A stretch of 64,000 nt of DNA from Sphyrna mokarran (Eukaryota). This document shows positions 39,006-52,422 of this stretch, piece by piece (position 1 is the first letter of the stretch; the number at the start of each line of letters is the position of its first letter). Made by a program: the position numbers and the translations under genes. Under the pieces are notes generated by a model. That model worked only from the letters and a program-made list of their open reading frames with translations. It made no database searches and was not told where the DNA came from. The stretch spans positions 5,208,001 through 5,272,000 of the forward strand of contig JAGIQG010000040.1 in NCBI GenBank assembly GCA_024679065.1, read 5' to 3'.

Positions 39006-41171
39006 ATGCATGGACCAGCGAAAGGTCTCTTCTTCGCCATTTTTTATCCCGTTCTCGCTGCCATTGGTATTCCTGGTAGGTGAAAAATCCCAACTAATTC
39101 TCATGACTTGAAATGTGTGGCTTTACACGAACATTAAAGTTTTACTTTTGAACATTTGGTTTTGTTCGAATGTAGTAAAATGCGATCCAGTGCTTTCAGT
39201 GTTATGTAGGACAAAGTGTTTAAAGTGACTTGTATTTCATCCACTGGTATGCATAGGCTCAAAAAATGAGCTGTTACAGTCTAATAAATCGGTTAGATGC
39301 ATTGAAATAGACCATTCATTCAGTACTTACATGAACCTATGCTGCGACAGCCAGCAGTTAATAATAATTGATCTGTAGTGAGGTAGCACTGGGCCACCCA
39401 CATTGCTATTGACTTTTCAAGAATTAATTATTGGAACTTTTGAAAGAGGTGCGTGGGGTTTCATGTTTCGTAATGCATTATGCATTTTGTCTTGCTTTGA
39501 TAAGTCTAGTAAATCTTGGATAATTATATGTTTAATTACTAGCTGTGTGTGTGTAGGATGGCAAGGCAGTATTTACACGCGTGATGTCGTTTCCATCTCT
39601 CGCTTTCACTTGAAAAAGTGATGTTGGATTTGCTTCTTCAGATATTCGAGTAATTAGGGGATACCTCACAAGACTTCAACAAATTAAATTTATAACGACT
39701 GGCAAAATGATTTAGCTTTTCCCAAAGAAGTTGACTTTATCATCTGAAGCACAAATGGGAAGTTTAATCTTTGAAAGATGGAATTCTAGAGATTGGGGTC
39801 TCGGCAGTAAAGGCACAACTGAAAAGATTAAATCGGGGGCCATGAAAGTTCAGATTCGGGAAGATAGGTGTAGCATGTTAGCAAAATCGGGAAAGGCGAG
39901 ATGATGGAGGGATTTCAATTCGAAGCACGAGATTAATTAGAGACGCTGACTGAATGGACCGGATTGGCACAAATAAGAGCAACAGCAAATTTTCGGAGAA
40001 TTTGAAATAATTATCAGAGGGGTCAACTCAGCAGCAGAGAACAGAATTAAAATTTGGACTGAGTGCAATGTCTCCTGATTTTAAATATTTGTAATCCAGT
40101 TTTCAATGTCTTTTCATTGCCAAAGACTTTGCAATCAGTGGAGTCTGGAGGTGGCAAAATGAAGGATGAGGATGCTTGCAGTAACTCACTGGATGGTGCA
40201 GCAACTGGGTTTAGAGCCCTCTCAGTAACACATCTCTCTCTATCTCTTTCTATCTCACAGCCAACTTAGTGACGATAGTAATCTTATCCCGAGGGCGGTG
40301 CGGACTCTCACGGTGCATTACCTACTACCTGGTCGCGATAGCATTGACTGATTTCTTCGTCATCATCACCGCCATAATCCTCAACCGGATTGGCCGCATC
40401 TACTTTCAGAACAGTGTCCTGTCTACCACCCCGGTCTGCACACTCAGCGCTCTCCTGGTCTATTTTGCTCGGGATGGTTCAGTCTGGCTGACAGTGGCTT
40501 TCACCATCGACCGTTTTGTGGCCATTTGCTGCCAGAGCCTGAAGACCAGATTCTGCACGGATAAAACAGCATTGCTGGTTATAGGAATGGTCTGTGTTCT
40601 GAGTTGCGTCAGGAATGTCCCCTTCTACTTCACTTACCAACCCTTGTACGTCCTGGACGGGGTGCCCTGGTTCTGTGCCGTTAAGTCTAGCTATTACACG
40701 CTGCTCGCCTGGCAAGCCTTTGACTGGCTGGACCACATCTTAACTCCGTTTCTCCCGTTCCTCCTCATCCTGTTTCTCAACGCTCTAACTGTAAAACACA
40801 TCTTAGCAGCCAGTAGAGCCCGCAGGAGGCTCCGGGGGAAGGAGGATCACGGGGATCCAGAGATGGCCAATCGCAAGAAGTCCATTATTTTGCTCTTCGC
40901 CATCTCCCTCAGCTTCCTCCTCCTCTGGGTCACCTATGTATTACACTTCCTCTATGTGCGGATTACAGGTGAGGGTTACCGCACCAGCCTGGATTTCAAA
41001 GACCCCCGGTACATCTTTCAGGAGGCAGCCAACATGCTCCAGTTAGTCAGTTCCTGCAACAACGTCTTCATCTACACAGTCTCCCAGAGCAAGTTTCGAG
41101 ATGACCTGAAAAAGGTTCTGCTATATCCCTTCACCACACTGAAATACACATCAGCATGTGCTTGGATTTGA
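39006..41171 (+). CDS. Class A GPCR, GPR139/GPR142-like, two coding exons (326 aa)
   Basis: Exon 1 39006-39075 (MHGPAKGLFFAIFYPVLAAIGIP, GTAGGT) splices in phase 1 to exon 2 40261-41171, giving GIPANLVTIVILSR. Seven hydrophobic segments, DRF motif, TM5 PFLPF, TM7 NVFIY; no stops. Confidence 0.9.
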
Positions 41172-41359
41172 TCAACTTAGATCTGTGTGTGTAACTCCGT
41201 CTCTCTGGAATCAGAAACTACTGGGCTTCAGATACAGGATTTGAGATATGTGAGGCTTATTATCCAGTGCCCACAGCCCCTGTTGTTGCTCTGAATGACT
41301 GCTGAGTTCTCAGAGTTGCTAACTTCCTGGAGGAGACAATGGAGTGATGGAGATTTTCA

Positions 41360-42610
41360 TCATAGAAAGAGGCCCTTCGGCCATAAACACCTATCTGATC
41401 AATTCCCATTTTGCAACAGTTAGTTCGCTACCTTGTATGCCATGACCTTTCATCTAAATGACTCTTAAATGTGACCGTTCTTGCCCTTGCCATAATTTCA
41501 GGCCGTGAGTTCCCGATTCCGATCACACTCTAGATGAAAACATTTTCCTTAGATCTCCTTCAAATAAACTGCTCCTTATCTTAGATCTATGCCCGTGGTT
41601 ATCGACCCGTCTACTCAGAGGGACCATCTAGCTTATCGATATCACTCATAATTTGGTCCACATCAGTGAGTTTCCTCTCACCCTTCTCCACTCTAAGAAA
41701 AATAATCCCAGCCTATCCAGCCTCTTTTCATAGCTGAAAACTTCAGTCAAGACAGCATCCTGGTAAACCCCTTTAATATCCTTCCCAATGCAACCACATG
41801 TTTTCTGTAGTGTAACGAACCGAAATTCACATGGTATTCTAGCAATCGCATAGCGAGAGTTTTATACAGCTCTAACATAATCTCCGTGCTCTTATCATCT
41901 ATTTAATAAAACAAATACACCATACAATTTCTTAACCACGTCATCTATCTGTCTTGCTGGCTTCACAGATCTTTGGATGTGGACCACCAAGGACTCTCCG
42001 TTCCTTTGTACATCCAAGCGTCCTGCCGTTCACTGTCCATTTCCATGACATACAAACCCTCCTGAAATGCTTGACCTTATGCTTTTGAGGGTTAAATTCC
42101 ATTTGGCTCCGTTCTGCCCATCTGACCATCCTATCGTATCATCAGGTAATCCATGGGTCTCCTCTTACCGAATACCACAGCACTATTATTTGTTTGATCT
42201 GCAATCTTATGATCACACCCCCCCCCCACACCGATGTTCGAGTCACAGGCCTGTAATGACTTTTTCCCCCTGCATGATTTTTTGAACATTAGCGCCACAT
42301 TGACTGTCCTCATATCCTTTGCATTTCTCCAATAGCCAGAGAGGCGATAAAAATTATCGCCAGAGTCCCTGCAATCGCCGCGCTTGCTTTGCAGAGCTGC
42401 TGAAGATGCATCTCATTTGGCTCTCGGAGTTTATCCACTTTTAAGTCGGATAATACGCCTAACACCTCCTCCCTTTCAATACAAATCTGTTTAATTTTAA
42501 CAGTCTTTACCTTGATCTATATATCGACATCGCCCTTCGCCATGGTGAACATATGCAAAATATCCGTTTAATATCTCTCCCACTTCTCTGAGCTTCGCAT
42601 ACAGTTTGCC
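41360..42610 (-). mobile_element. Decayed CR1 LINE
   Basis: WAERSQMEFNP and NVALMFKK-like remnants. Confidence 0.7.
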
Positions 42611-42699
42611 ACTGTGATTACAGCAGGAAAGTGTGTAACTAATTCCAGAGAACTTGGGAAGTGGTCACAACGTGAATGGCCCTATAATGCTTAATGGCC

Positions 42700-42825
42700 C
42701 TTCCTTCCTTCCTCCCAAGCCTTCTTTCTAGTCTTCGTTCCAACTTTCTTCCAACCTTTCTTTCTTCCTTCCTTCCTTCCTACCATTCTTCCTTTCTTCC
42801 AACTTTTCTTCCAACTTTCCAATCT
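42700..42825. repeat. (TTCC)-rich simple repeat
   Basis: Direct reading. Confidence 0.85.
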
Positions 42826-42924
42826 TATCATCTGTTGCTGTTGATTGCTTTCCTTCTACTCTTCCACTGCAGAAAAGAACTGCGGGCTTTTCAGGCATTC
42901 TTGCTGATCATAGCCTTTCTGTTA

Positions 42925-43420
42925 CAGTCATAGAATCATAGAGGATTACAGCATGGAAACAGGCCCTTCGGCTCAACTTGTCATGCCACCCTTACTTTTC
43001 TCTGAAACCCCTAAGCTAATCCCAATTGCCCGCACTTGGTCCATATCCCTCTATATCCATCGTAGCCATGTAACTATCTAAATGCTTTTTAAAAGATAAA
43101 ACTGTACCCGCCTCTACTACTACCTTTGGCAGCATGTCCCAGACAATCACCGCCCACTGTGTGAAAAAATTGCCCCTTTGGACAATTCAACTTATGTGCT
43201 CTAGTTTTAGACTCCCCTACCTTTGGGAAAAGGTATTAACTATCTACCTTGTCTATACCCCTCATTATTTTATAGAGTTCTATAAGGTCACCCCTCAGCC
43301 TCCTACGCTCCAGAAAAAAAAGTCCCAGTCTATTCAGCCTCTCCTTATAACTCAAGCCGACAAATCCCAGTAGCATCCTAGTAAACCTTTTTCTGCACTC
43401 TTTCTCGTTTAATAATATCC
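42925..43420 (-). mobile_element. CR1 LINE 3' fragment
   Basis: ERLNRLGLFFLERRRLRGDLIELYKIMRG. Confidence 0.85.
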
Positions 43421-44866
43421 TTAATGGTCCTGTAACTTTTGTGGTTGAAATTTTATTCTTGAGGTATGACGGCAATCACAATGGAGAGATGGTGTCCTTA
43501 TGATATTGTCACTGGACTTGTAATCCAGAAACATAGTATAATGTTCCGAGGCTTCAAATCTACCTTGGCAGATGGTGATAGTTAAATTCAAAAATCTGTG
43601 ATTAAAAGACTAGAGATGATCATTAAACCATTGCCAACTGGGGAAAAACACTTCGATCACTAATATCCTTTGGGGAAGGAAATGTATAATGTACATGAAG
43701 TTCTTTATTAATCTCAAATAAGGCTTACAATCACACTGCAATGAAATTACTGGGAAAATGCCCCTAGTCGCCAGAGTGTGGCGCCTGCTCACGTCAAGGC
43801 AACTAACCAGCATATCTTTCAGAATATAGTAGGAAACCGGAGTACTCGGAGGAAAGTCACTCAGACACGGGAAAACGTGCAAACACTACTCAGATAGTCA
43901 GCAAAGCCAGGAATCGGGCCTGGGCGTCTAGCGCTGTGAAGCAGCAATTCTAACCCTTGTGTTAGCATGCAGCTCCATATACCGCCCGTACCCTGACTGG
44001 CCTACATGTGACTCCAGATCACAGCAATATAGTTGACTCTGAAATTTTCTCTGACATGGAGGGTAGTTTTGGACGGGGCAGCGATCCCCCAAATCACCTG
44101 AACAAATGTTAAAAATCCCACTGCTACTTGGATTCCCGTTTGCACTACTTACAAATTCATTCTCTCGATGCATCCAGAGATAGCTAGAATCATAGAACCA
44201 TAGAAATGATACAGAACAGAAGGGGCCATTCGGCCCATTTTGTTCATGCTGACCAAAATACATCCTTTCTAATATCATTTCCTTGCACGCGACATACAGC
44301 CCTGCTACTTACAGCAGTGAAGGGTGGAGATGAGGGTACTTTTTAATCGAGTTAAGTTAACTACTCGAACATGATGATTCGGTGTCTATTTAAATGTTGC
44401 TCAGTGAAAATTTCAATCATCCTTCCTTTTGTAGCATATAGACACTTGAACACTGAACCATTTCCGTTCAAAATAAAACAGAAATAAATTCCTCTTTATT
44501 ATGTAAAACTGTTGCTTCATTTCAATGGCATCTTCGTATGATGCTGTCAAACTAGATTAGTAAAAAGTGGAGGACTGAGCTGCATTGATGCAGGTGGAAG
44601 AACACACAAAAAACACGTACACAGTGACTGACAGAGGCCTGAGGAGAGACATACATCCGGTACACAAGAAAGCCATCAATTTGGCTCAGATCTTCTTCAA
44701 ATTATGCCTTACAGCCTCTTACAAATCTCTGCCTCGCTGATAGAGCGTTTAGCAATTGCCTTGGCTGCTGTTGCTACTGCAATGCAACATAGGCTATACG
44801 AACTCTCGGGCCTTCTCAATATTACATTTAAGGTCATTGTCGATTCTCAACAACATGTGAAAGAAA

Positions 44867-44955
44867 CACCATCGGCAGGATTCAAACCTATGTGGGGAGA
44901 AGCCTCTCCACCCTACAATGAATTTCTAATCCATCACTTGAAACATTTGTCCTCA
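44867..44955 (-). pseudogene. Decayed tRNA-Ser(AGA)-like sequence
   Basis: Minus strand GATGGATTAGAAATTCATTG...AGGTTTGAATCCTGCCGA resembles vertebrate tRNA-Ser(AGA). Confidence 0.5.
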
Positions 44956-45231
44956 AATACATGCTCATGGTCATGCACATTCTGTTCATATAAAATCATA
45001 TTGGCTGCAGCAGAGCAGCTCGACATTCCGCCCAACTTGTTCATGTCAGTTCACTGGAAAATCAATTCAATTGTTTCCACACACGTTTCCACAACAATTC
45101 AAATTCGTTTTGTTTCTTTTTATTCCCCTTGTCAATTTAAAACTTCGGATACTCCACTTCAAATTATGCTGGCACTTATCCGCTCCAATCTCTTTACTGA
45201 GGAGACTTAAATTGTAAACTTCCAAAACTTT

Positions 45232-45312
45232 AGCAGTAGCGGAAGTCAAACACACGTCCCCATCCAGACGAGAATCACCATTGAGCGCATTAGACCACTC
45301 ACCCATGTCACC
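45232..45312 (-). pseudogene. Decayed tRNA-Leu-like sequence
   Basis: Minus strand GAGTGGTCTAATGCGCT...GGGGACGTGTGTTTGACTTCC resembles a type II tRNA-Leu. Confidence 0.4.
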
Positions 45313-46457
45313 AAGGAAACCACACCAACAACAATTGCCTTGAATGATGCCGCCATTATCGCGGAATTTACGCTAATCTCGCTTTACAGAATTTGGCCCA
45401 GAACTTTGAATGTTAAGGTATTTCCAGTGGTGATCCATTTTTATAGGTTGTAAGGAGAACCACAAATATAAATGACCAAGGCAGAGCATTTCAGACTCCC
45501 ACCAACCTGCGACTGAAAATATTATCCTCAAATCCTCTCTGAACTTCCTATCCCTCACCTTAAACCTTCATTATTGATCATTCAACCAAAGGATACAGCT
45601 GCTTCCTCTACCACCTTTTCATAATCGTTATAATCTGATACGCTTCTATCCAATTCCCGGCCTTCCCCCCCCTCCCCACACAACCCTCCCCTCTCCCCAA
45701 CTCTCAGTCTTGTTGTGTCTAACAGAAAAAAGTTGAGGACGTCAGTTTGTGTTTTAATAGGGGAATTGAATGTGAGAGTCTTTGTATCACACCTGCTCCG
45801 GACTTTGGGAATCATTGTGATTTCTTCAGTGTCAGTGTTCGATTTCAATGCTGTGCCTGTGCCTGATCTGGGAATATTAATGGGACGATGTCAGGTAAGC
45901 TTCAGGCTTCAATATGCTGCATTGTGACAGGCTAAGATATCGCACAGTCCTGCTCTGTAATGTGGCAGAATATTAATTGAAGAAAATCAGTAATGTATTA
46001 CTGTTGTCTATGCCATTAATCAGTTTTGTGCCACTGTACATGAAAAGAGTGGTGTAGAGGTGTCTTTTTCACTAACCGGCCACTGGGTTGAGCAGCGGCT
46101 CTTTCACTGAATTATTATGGATTCGATATATTACTTTCTTGAGCACATAATCTTCCACAGACTTACTAATGAAGTCAGTTACTGTAACAGCGTACTGGTT
46201 CAGGCTGGTCACAGTGTTTTTAAATGCTGATCAGATCATTGACTCGAAGCAGCCCCGAAAGAGATAATTCGATTCCCCAGACCAACAGTTCATGGCTTTT
46301 TCTGACTGATCTCGTTAAACAATATAAGTTTGCTACCAATGCTCATCTTATATTTTTGCTTGAAATAGCTCTTTTGTTTACATTTTCTCAATATTGTTAC
46401 TGGCCACGGCTGTGAGTCTTGAATGCACTCCGACATTGGACCGAATTCTGTATCCCA

Positions 46458-46471
46458 CTGCCATCTGGTGG
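46458..46471 (-). promoter_or_regulatory. CTCF-like site
   Basis: Minus strand CCACCAGATGGCAG, a strong core match. Confidence 0.65.
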
Positions 46472-46664
46472 CGGCGAAATTGGACTGCAAATTGTCGTTT
46501 TCTATCACCTATGAGTCAAATTCATGTTTAACAGTTTCAGATCAAAAATTCCACTGCGTTTTTAATTATGAATTATTAGAATTTTAGATGTCACCCGGAG
46601 TGGAGACGCTTATTTGACGAGTCCACCTCCTCCATACAAAGACAACTACTGCACACATTCGAAC

Positions 46665-46900
46665 CATGGACATTCTGTCACTCAGCCGCTGTCCTCAGCT
46701 GCAACGATAAGTGATGAATTTAAAATGCTGGATTTTACTCTCTGAAAAGTGCAGCATTTTGAAAATATCAGTTGTACCGGTTTTGTGCCTTCTTTCTCAG
46801 AAGCAAAGTAAACCGAATTAGTCTGTTCGTTTCTGACTATATGCTGATTCAAAACTTCAAAACTTTCTTCAAAATCTTGGCGTTCTCTCGATTTCTTCGT
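46665..46900 (+). pseudogene. Possible V relic
   Basis: HGHSVTQPLSS-like FR1 and a TTGTACCGG (WYR-like) remnant; no RSS found. Confidence 0.3.
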
Positions 46901-47227
46901 GTCCGGGATTTGAACAGAGAACTCCAGCAATGATTTCAGTAGATTTAGCATCAGTATGCTTTAGAAATACCAATGGTATAAAGACAAAGGTAAAATACTT
47001 TGGATACTGGAACCAGAAACTGAAACAGAAAATGCTGGAAAATCTCAGAGACCCTGACTACATCTGTGGGGAGAGAATAGAGCCAAAGTTGCGAGTCTGG
47101 CAGACTCTTCGTCGGAGCTTCGTCAGAGCAGTATAAAGGTGGCGTCGGAAAAAAAACTTTCCAATTTATATTTCTGGGTAGCATTTGTGTCTTGGTATGT
47201 GCTGCAGTCAACCATGCAGTCAACCAT

Positions 47228-47625
47228 GTTTTCGTTAGAAAGGAGGAGGCTAAGAGGGGACCTGATCGAAACATATAAGATGATTAGAGGTTTAGATAGA
47301 GTGGACAGTGATAGCCTTTTTCCTAGGATGGAAAAAGCTAGCACGAGGGGACACAGCTTTAAATTAAGGGGTGATAGTTATAGGACGGATATCAGAGGTA
47401 GGTTCTTTACCCAAAGGGTGGTTCGGGAGTGGAATGCCCTGCCTGCAGCAGTTGTAGATGCGCCAAGTTTGGTGGCGTTTAAGAGGTTAGTTGATAAGTA
47501 TATGGAAGAGAAGGGAATGGTTTAGTTTGGAGGGGCATTGCTTTTTATATTGGTCGGCGCAACATCGAAGGCCGAAGGGCCTGTTCTGTGCTGTAGTGTT
47601 CTATGTTCTATGTTCTATGTTCTAT
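47228..47625 (+). mobile_element. Young CR1 3' end (same subfamily as 22931-24990)
   Basis: Near-identical FSLERRRLRGDLIETYKMI...DKYMEE and (TTCTATG)n tail. Confidence 0.92.
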
Positions 47626-48011
47626 GAATCCACTCAACAGGCAAATTCCACCTTGCATTAAACTGGATCCGCCAGCTGGGGACGCCAAAGAGACTCACTC
47701 AGCAACACAAACAGTCAATTTTCTGACTGAAATCAGGTTTTGTGTGCTGGTGAACTGCCACCTTGAACCGCTGCAATGGCTGAGGTGTAAGTACACCCAC
47801 ACCGCTCCATTTACTGCTGTCCGGGCTGAAGAAAAGAATCGGGAAACACGTGTACGTTCAGCTGTTTGGAATTAGCAAGAAACCAAAGATCTGACTGGAT
47901 AAGAGCTTTTCACTCGTAGAAATGAACTAACTCACAGAAGCAGAGGACGTAACTCAATAATAACTTAATTTCATGCTCTGTTCAACTCGACCAATAACTT
48001 CATGCAAACAT

Positions 48012-48260
48012 GTTGGTATTTGCTTTGAATTTGCTCCTCATTATTGCAGCTTTCTTAAAAGACACTTTTACAAAGAACAAAATACCGTTCGTGCAGTCAT
48101 GTGTTCTGCGTTAACATTATTTTCTCTCGATTTCTAAAGTGATCTATCACATGATGATGTTAAGCATAATTATCGGGTGGTAAAAACACCGGGTTTAGTT
48201 TGGCCAAAACGAGCAATAGCAATGACAGCGCACTCTGATCGCATTCAGCTCCGTTCCGTC
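48012..48260 (+). pseudogene. Possible leader + V relic
   Basis: MLVFALNLLLIIAAFLK leader-like ORF without a GT donor, then a DDVK-like FR1 remnant. Confidence 0.3.
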
Positions 48261-48339
48261 AACTCAGACAATGCACTGCATACGAGAAAGGAGGCAAAAG
48301 CATCAAATATTTGCCTGTGACCGAATATGTTACCTAGAA

Positions 48340-48800
48340 TCAAAGCAAAGTATTGCTAAAGTTCAGAAGGAGGCTATTCGGCCATCGAGCCTGCACTGAC
48401 AAGGATCCCACACAGGCATTATACCCATAACTACATGTAACCCTTGTTAATCTCCCTGAAAATAAGGGTCAATTTATCATGGCCAATCACCCTCATCTGC
48501 ACATCGTTGAAGTGCAGAAGGAAACCGGTGCACCTGGAGCAAATCCACGCAGAGGGAGGGAGAATGTGCAGATTCCACTCAGACACTCACCCCCAAGGCC
48601 AGAATTGAGCCGGGTTCCTAGTGCTGTGAGAAAGCAGTGGTCCAAGACTGGAACTGAATCCGGGTCCTCAGTGCTGTGAAACAGCAGTGGCCCAAGACCA
48701 GAATTAAACCTGGGTTCCCGGTGCTGTGAGTTAGCAGGGGCTTAAGAATGGAAATGGATCTGGGTTCCTGATGCTGCGAGACTGTAGCAGCAACCACTCT
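48340..48800 (-). mobile_element. SINE with about four tandem copies of a 50-bp head segment
   Basis: Units start near 48592, 48641, 48691 and 48741. Confidence 0.7.
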
Positions 48801-49357
48801 ACATCAGAAAGAACAAATTTATTTTTCTCTTCCCGAATGTCGATAAGTTTTTTTTCATTTCTCAGCGAGTTCTGAGTAAAGTGAAAGTTTATTCTGTTTA
48901 GGAAGTGAGGTGTGAACCATCTCAGAGAATATCCTTCTGAACGGACCCGTTATTCATGGACTGGGATAATGTAATAAACTATAGTTGTACTTAAGGGTAT
49001 TTTCAAAATAAAATTATTAAATTGACTGAATTAGTGTTTATAATAATGGCTCATAATTGGCCCCTATCCTGTTGAGCTGTCGACTCGTAAACTTGTGTCC
49101 CTGCCATACGTTGTATCGATTTCACTCCGATTACAGCAAAGGAGAGCACGAGCATGTTCCAATCTTAATGATTGCAGCACAAAACTCACAATTTCACAAC
49201 TAAAATGAGAATTCGTGTTTGTGGTCACGTTTTTGTGTGTTGGATCGCGTGCTAGGTATTATTTTTGGTCTGTTTCCCTGTCCAGTAACAGTACCACTTC
49301 TGAAATATTACATTGATTATCCAACAAAGATTTTGTGCTTGTGAAAGGAAGGTTAAA

Positions 49358-49372
49358 CGGTCAGGGGGCGCT
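49358..49372 (+). promoter_or_regulatory. CTCF-like site upstream of a pseudo-V
   Basis: CGGTCAGGGGGCGCT about 215 bp upstream of the leader. Confidence 0.55.
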
Positions 49373-49573
49373 GTGTTAACGCGTTTTGAGAAGAACCGAC
49401 CATTGCCCTGTCCCAACCTCCCTTTGCTGTTCTGGTCATGAGCCATGCAGCCTGTCCTATGTTATTGGCATATTGTTGAAGCAGCTCCTTCTTCGTCATT
49501 ATTGGGATTTGCAGTGTAGTAGCGGAGCAAACTGTACTGTTCATCAGACAGGGTTACAGAATCAGGGAGCAGC

Positions 49574-50016
49574 ATGCAGAAACACCTGGCACTGCTCCTC
49601 ATCGTTATATCATTCCTCAATAAGTATCTCCTTTCTTGCAAAATATATATTCTCCCCAAGTGCGCTAACCAAGAGTCAAAGAAGTCTTGTTCATTGAGAT
49701 AATGCAATGTTGACAAAAATTATGGTTTTCTGTTAGAATGGGGTCACGAAGCAGCAGTGGAACAATGACACTCGGAAATGGCGGTGGAGGCGGAAGCAAT
49801 GTCACTCAACCTGCAACATGAAGAGAGTGATCGTCGAAGTTATGTGTTCTGATACCGTCGTCACTCTGGACAGCAGCAACACAGGGGATAATTTAAAAAA
49901 ACCTCAGTATCACTGATCAATTCTTTTCAATGTTTGATGCTTGCAGCAAGTTTACAAAGCTAACCATTAACAACGCAATGTTCTCTGCCTCTGCAGCATA
50001 TTCCTGTGCTGTGAAT
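49574..50016 (+). pseudogene. TCR V pseudogene (related to V10a)
   Basis: Leader MQKHLALLLIVISFL with donor GT mutated to AT; stops including Trp to TGA; ends AAYSCAVN; degraded RSS 50017-50057. Confidence 0.85.
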
Positions 50017-52422
50017 CACAGAGTGTTCAAAGATAGAACATGTCCCGTACCAAATCACACACTGGATTTCTCCAGTTCGTGGTCAAGAGAAAGTTGACAA
50101 TAATCATCAGAATAGAAAGTTGGACTTTCCGGCACTCTGATCAACCTGAAATAGAAAGATCAACCTGAATAGAAAGTTGGACTTTCCGGCACTCTGATCA
50201 ACCTGAAATATTAAAAAAAACAATTTGCCCTCTTTGCTTTTTGCCTTCACTCCTGTTGTCAGCGAATGAATCTGATCTGGAAACATTTTGAAAACTTCAT
50301 GAGTGGCGTCATGGTCAACAATAATAACCAAATGGGTTATTATTTGGTAGGGGGAGGTGGATGGATGGCCATCGGTTGTCTAGGAACCCAGACTCCGGGT
50401 GCGATTGTGGAATTTCAATGTGCAATGTCTGGAATTAAAAGGCAATTATTGTTGTCAGAAATCTCTTTTGGTGCACTGAAGGCCTCAAACGGCAGAGAAG
50501 AACGAAACTTAACGCCCTTACTTAGTGAGTAAAAAGGGAGTGAGGAATCGGTTTTCTGCATCTGTAAACAAGTTGAAAAGTGAATTTCGCCAGCTATAAG
50601 CTGCGGCTGTCTGACAGGGCGGTGTAATTACTGCGGAATGAGAGACAGTGACAGAAGCCAGAGGAAGCCGCAGGCACTGTGAGAGTGTGACAAATGGAAT
50701 ACAGAGAAAGCTGGACCTCCTGAATCTATCATATTTGGCTTTATATGGCTTAAAATTAACCCGAATTATGAACAAGGTGAGTGCAACAGATGCAGCACTG
50801 AGGAAAGTTTCTCTCTCTCAGAGTCTGCCGAATAGACGCGGAACAAACCGCTCAGATATGTTTGGGGAACTTAAGACATTTCGTAAATTAAAAATATTGT
50901 GAAAGAAAAGCTGCGAAAGATATTGGTATATACCACGGAAAAATACGAAATGAAGATAAACAAATGGAAAGACAGTGACTGGGTCAGAGGCAGAGACTGT
51001 AGTAGATATCGAGGCATAGATAGGGAGAGACAGGTAGAGATGCAGAGAGATAGACATGAAGAAAGAGAATGATAGAAGCGAGGAAGAGACATGGGAATGA
51101 ATATTGGGACAGACAGGAAAAGAAGTGAAGGAGAGACGGAGGCGTGAAGGGAAATAGGTTAGGATATGGCGAAGAGGCCTTGAGGGAAACAGATACAGAT
51201 ATATGGAGACAATACACAAGGAGGAACATACAGAGACAAATGTGCAGAGATCACTAGAAATATAGAAATAACCAAAGGGGCGCGTTGAGAAAAGCAATAT
51301 CCGAAATGGAATCAGAATTCCAGAAGGACAAATAAAAATAACACAATATAATGCACTCCATGATAAGGAAAGCGTGATTTCTGAGAGCCGCTTGTCCCTT
51401 TGAAATGATGATCCTTCATCAAGTATCTGTTTCCAAGAAATCTAAATTGGAATTGGTCAGGTTGAATTTTATCTTTCGTAGATGTTCAGGCAATGTTTAA
51501 ATAATCTTAATCGTTTGTAAATCACCGTTTAGAGATCATGCAATCACCATTTAGATTGTTGAGATATTGGATAAGGTACACTAGAATGGTACCGGGGTGA
51601 TGGTATTCAATGACAAGTTGACTTCTGAAACTGAGATTGTTCTACTTTGTCAAATAATTAAAGGCCAATCTTAATTTTAACACTCAATTTTAAAACCTTT
51701 GATGCAACAGATCACGCAAAACTGTTTCAAATAGTGGAGCATTCGATAATCCAAGTACGCCAGTTTGACTGAAAAAACGGTAAAGGTCAGATTCCCTTAT
51801 TCTACTGAGATTGTTCAAAACTGAAAGCACTCTGACAAAAATAATGCCGCAGCATTCAATGGAAATGCTCAGAAGGAATTGATCTTGAATAAAAACATCT
51901 TGTCTGTGTAAAATGGGCGCGCGGGGGTACAGGATGGAGTGGGGGAAAGGTGGAAAGATGATTTGGAGTATTTCTCCAAGGGCAAATAGATAGGCCGAAT
52001 GGCTTCATTCGATGCTCAACGATTCAATGATTGTCGATGCTTCATGTCCCAGCCGCAATAATTATTCTTAGACACCTGAAAATGAGCAGGTGCAGGATGA
52101 TCAGAAACTTTTGTAGATTCAAGCGTCACTATTTCCGCTCCAACAGCTTCCAGTGCAGCTGACAATCACCACATACTTCAAAGAGCAAAGAGCAAAGAAC
52201 AAAACGGCACAGGAAACAAGCCACTCAATACTGAGCCTGTGAGAACTCGGCCCACAGCTTCAGTTTACTGCTTTCACTGTGACCCGATTACGTGATAGGA
52301 CAGTTTGCTGCCACTGCTCCATTCCTCTCATTGGTTGGATCAGCAGTGCAGTGGCACGGGGATCTGTACTTTGGTTCCTGACAGAGGATTTGTCTCACTA
52401 CAGTGTTACAGACTCAGGAAGG

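Noticed and set aside
44704-45210. 168-aa ORF
   Set aside because: No supportable family; it overlaps decayed repeat and tRNA-like sequence.
45848-46240. Leader-like exon with GTAAGC and a downstream CACAGTG
   Set aside because: Leader has an in-frame stop, there is no V framework, and no nonamer at a proper spacing.
50110-50209. Short local tandem duplication
   Set aside because: Ordinary slippage-type duplication with no functional signature.
50818-51297. Overlapping hydrophobic ORFs
   Set aside because: Artefact of a GA-rich low-complexity tract.
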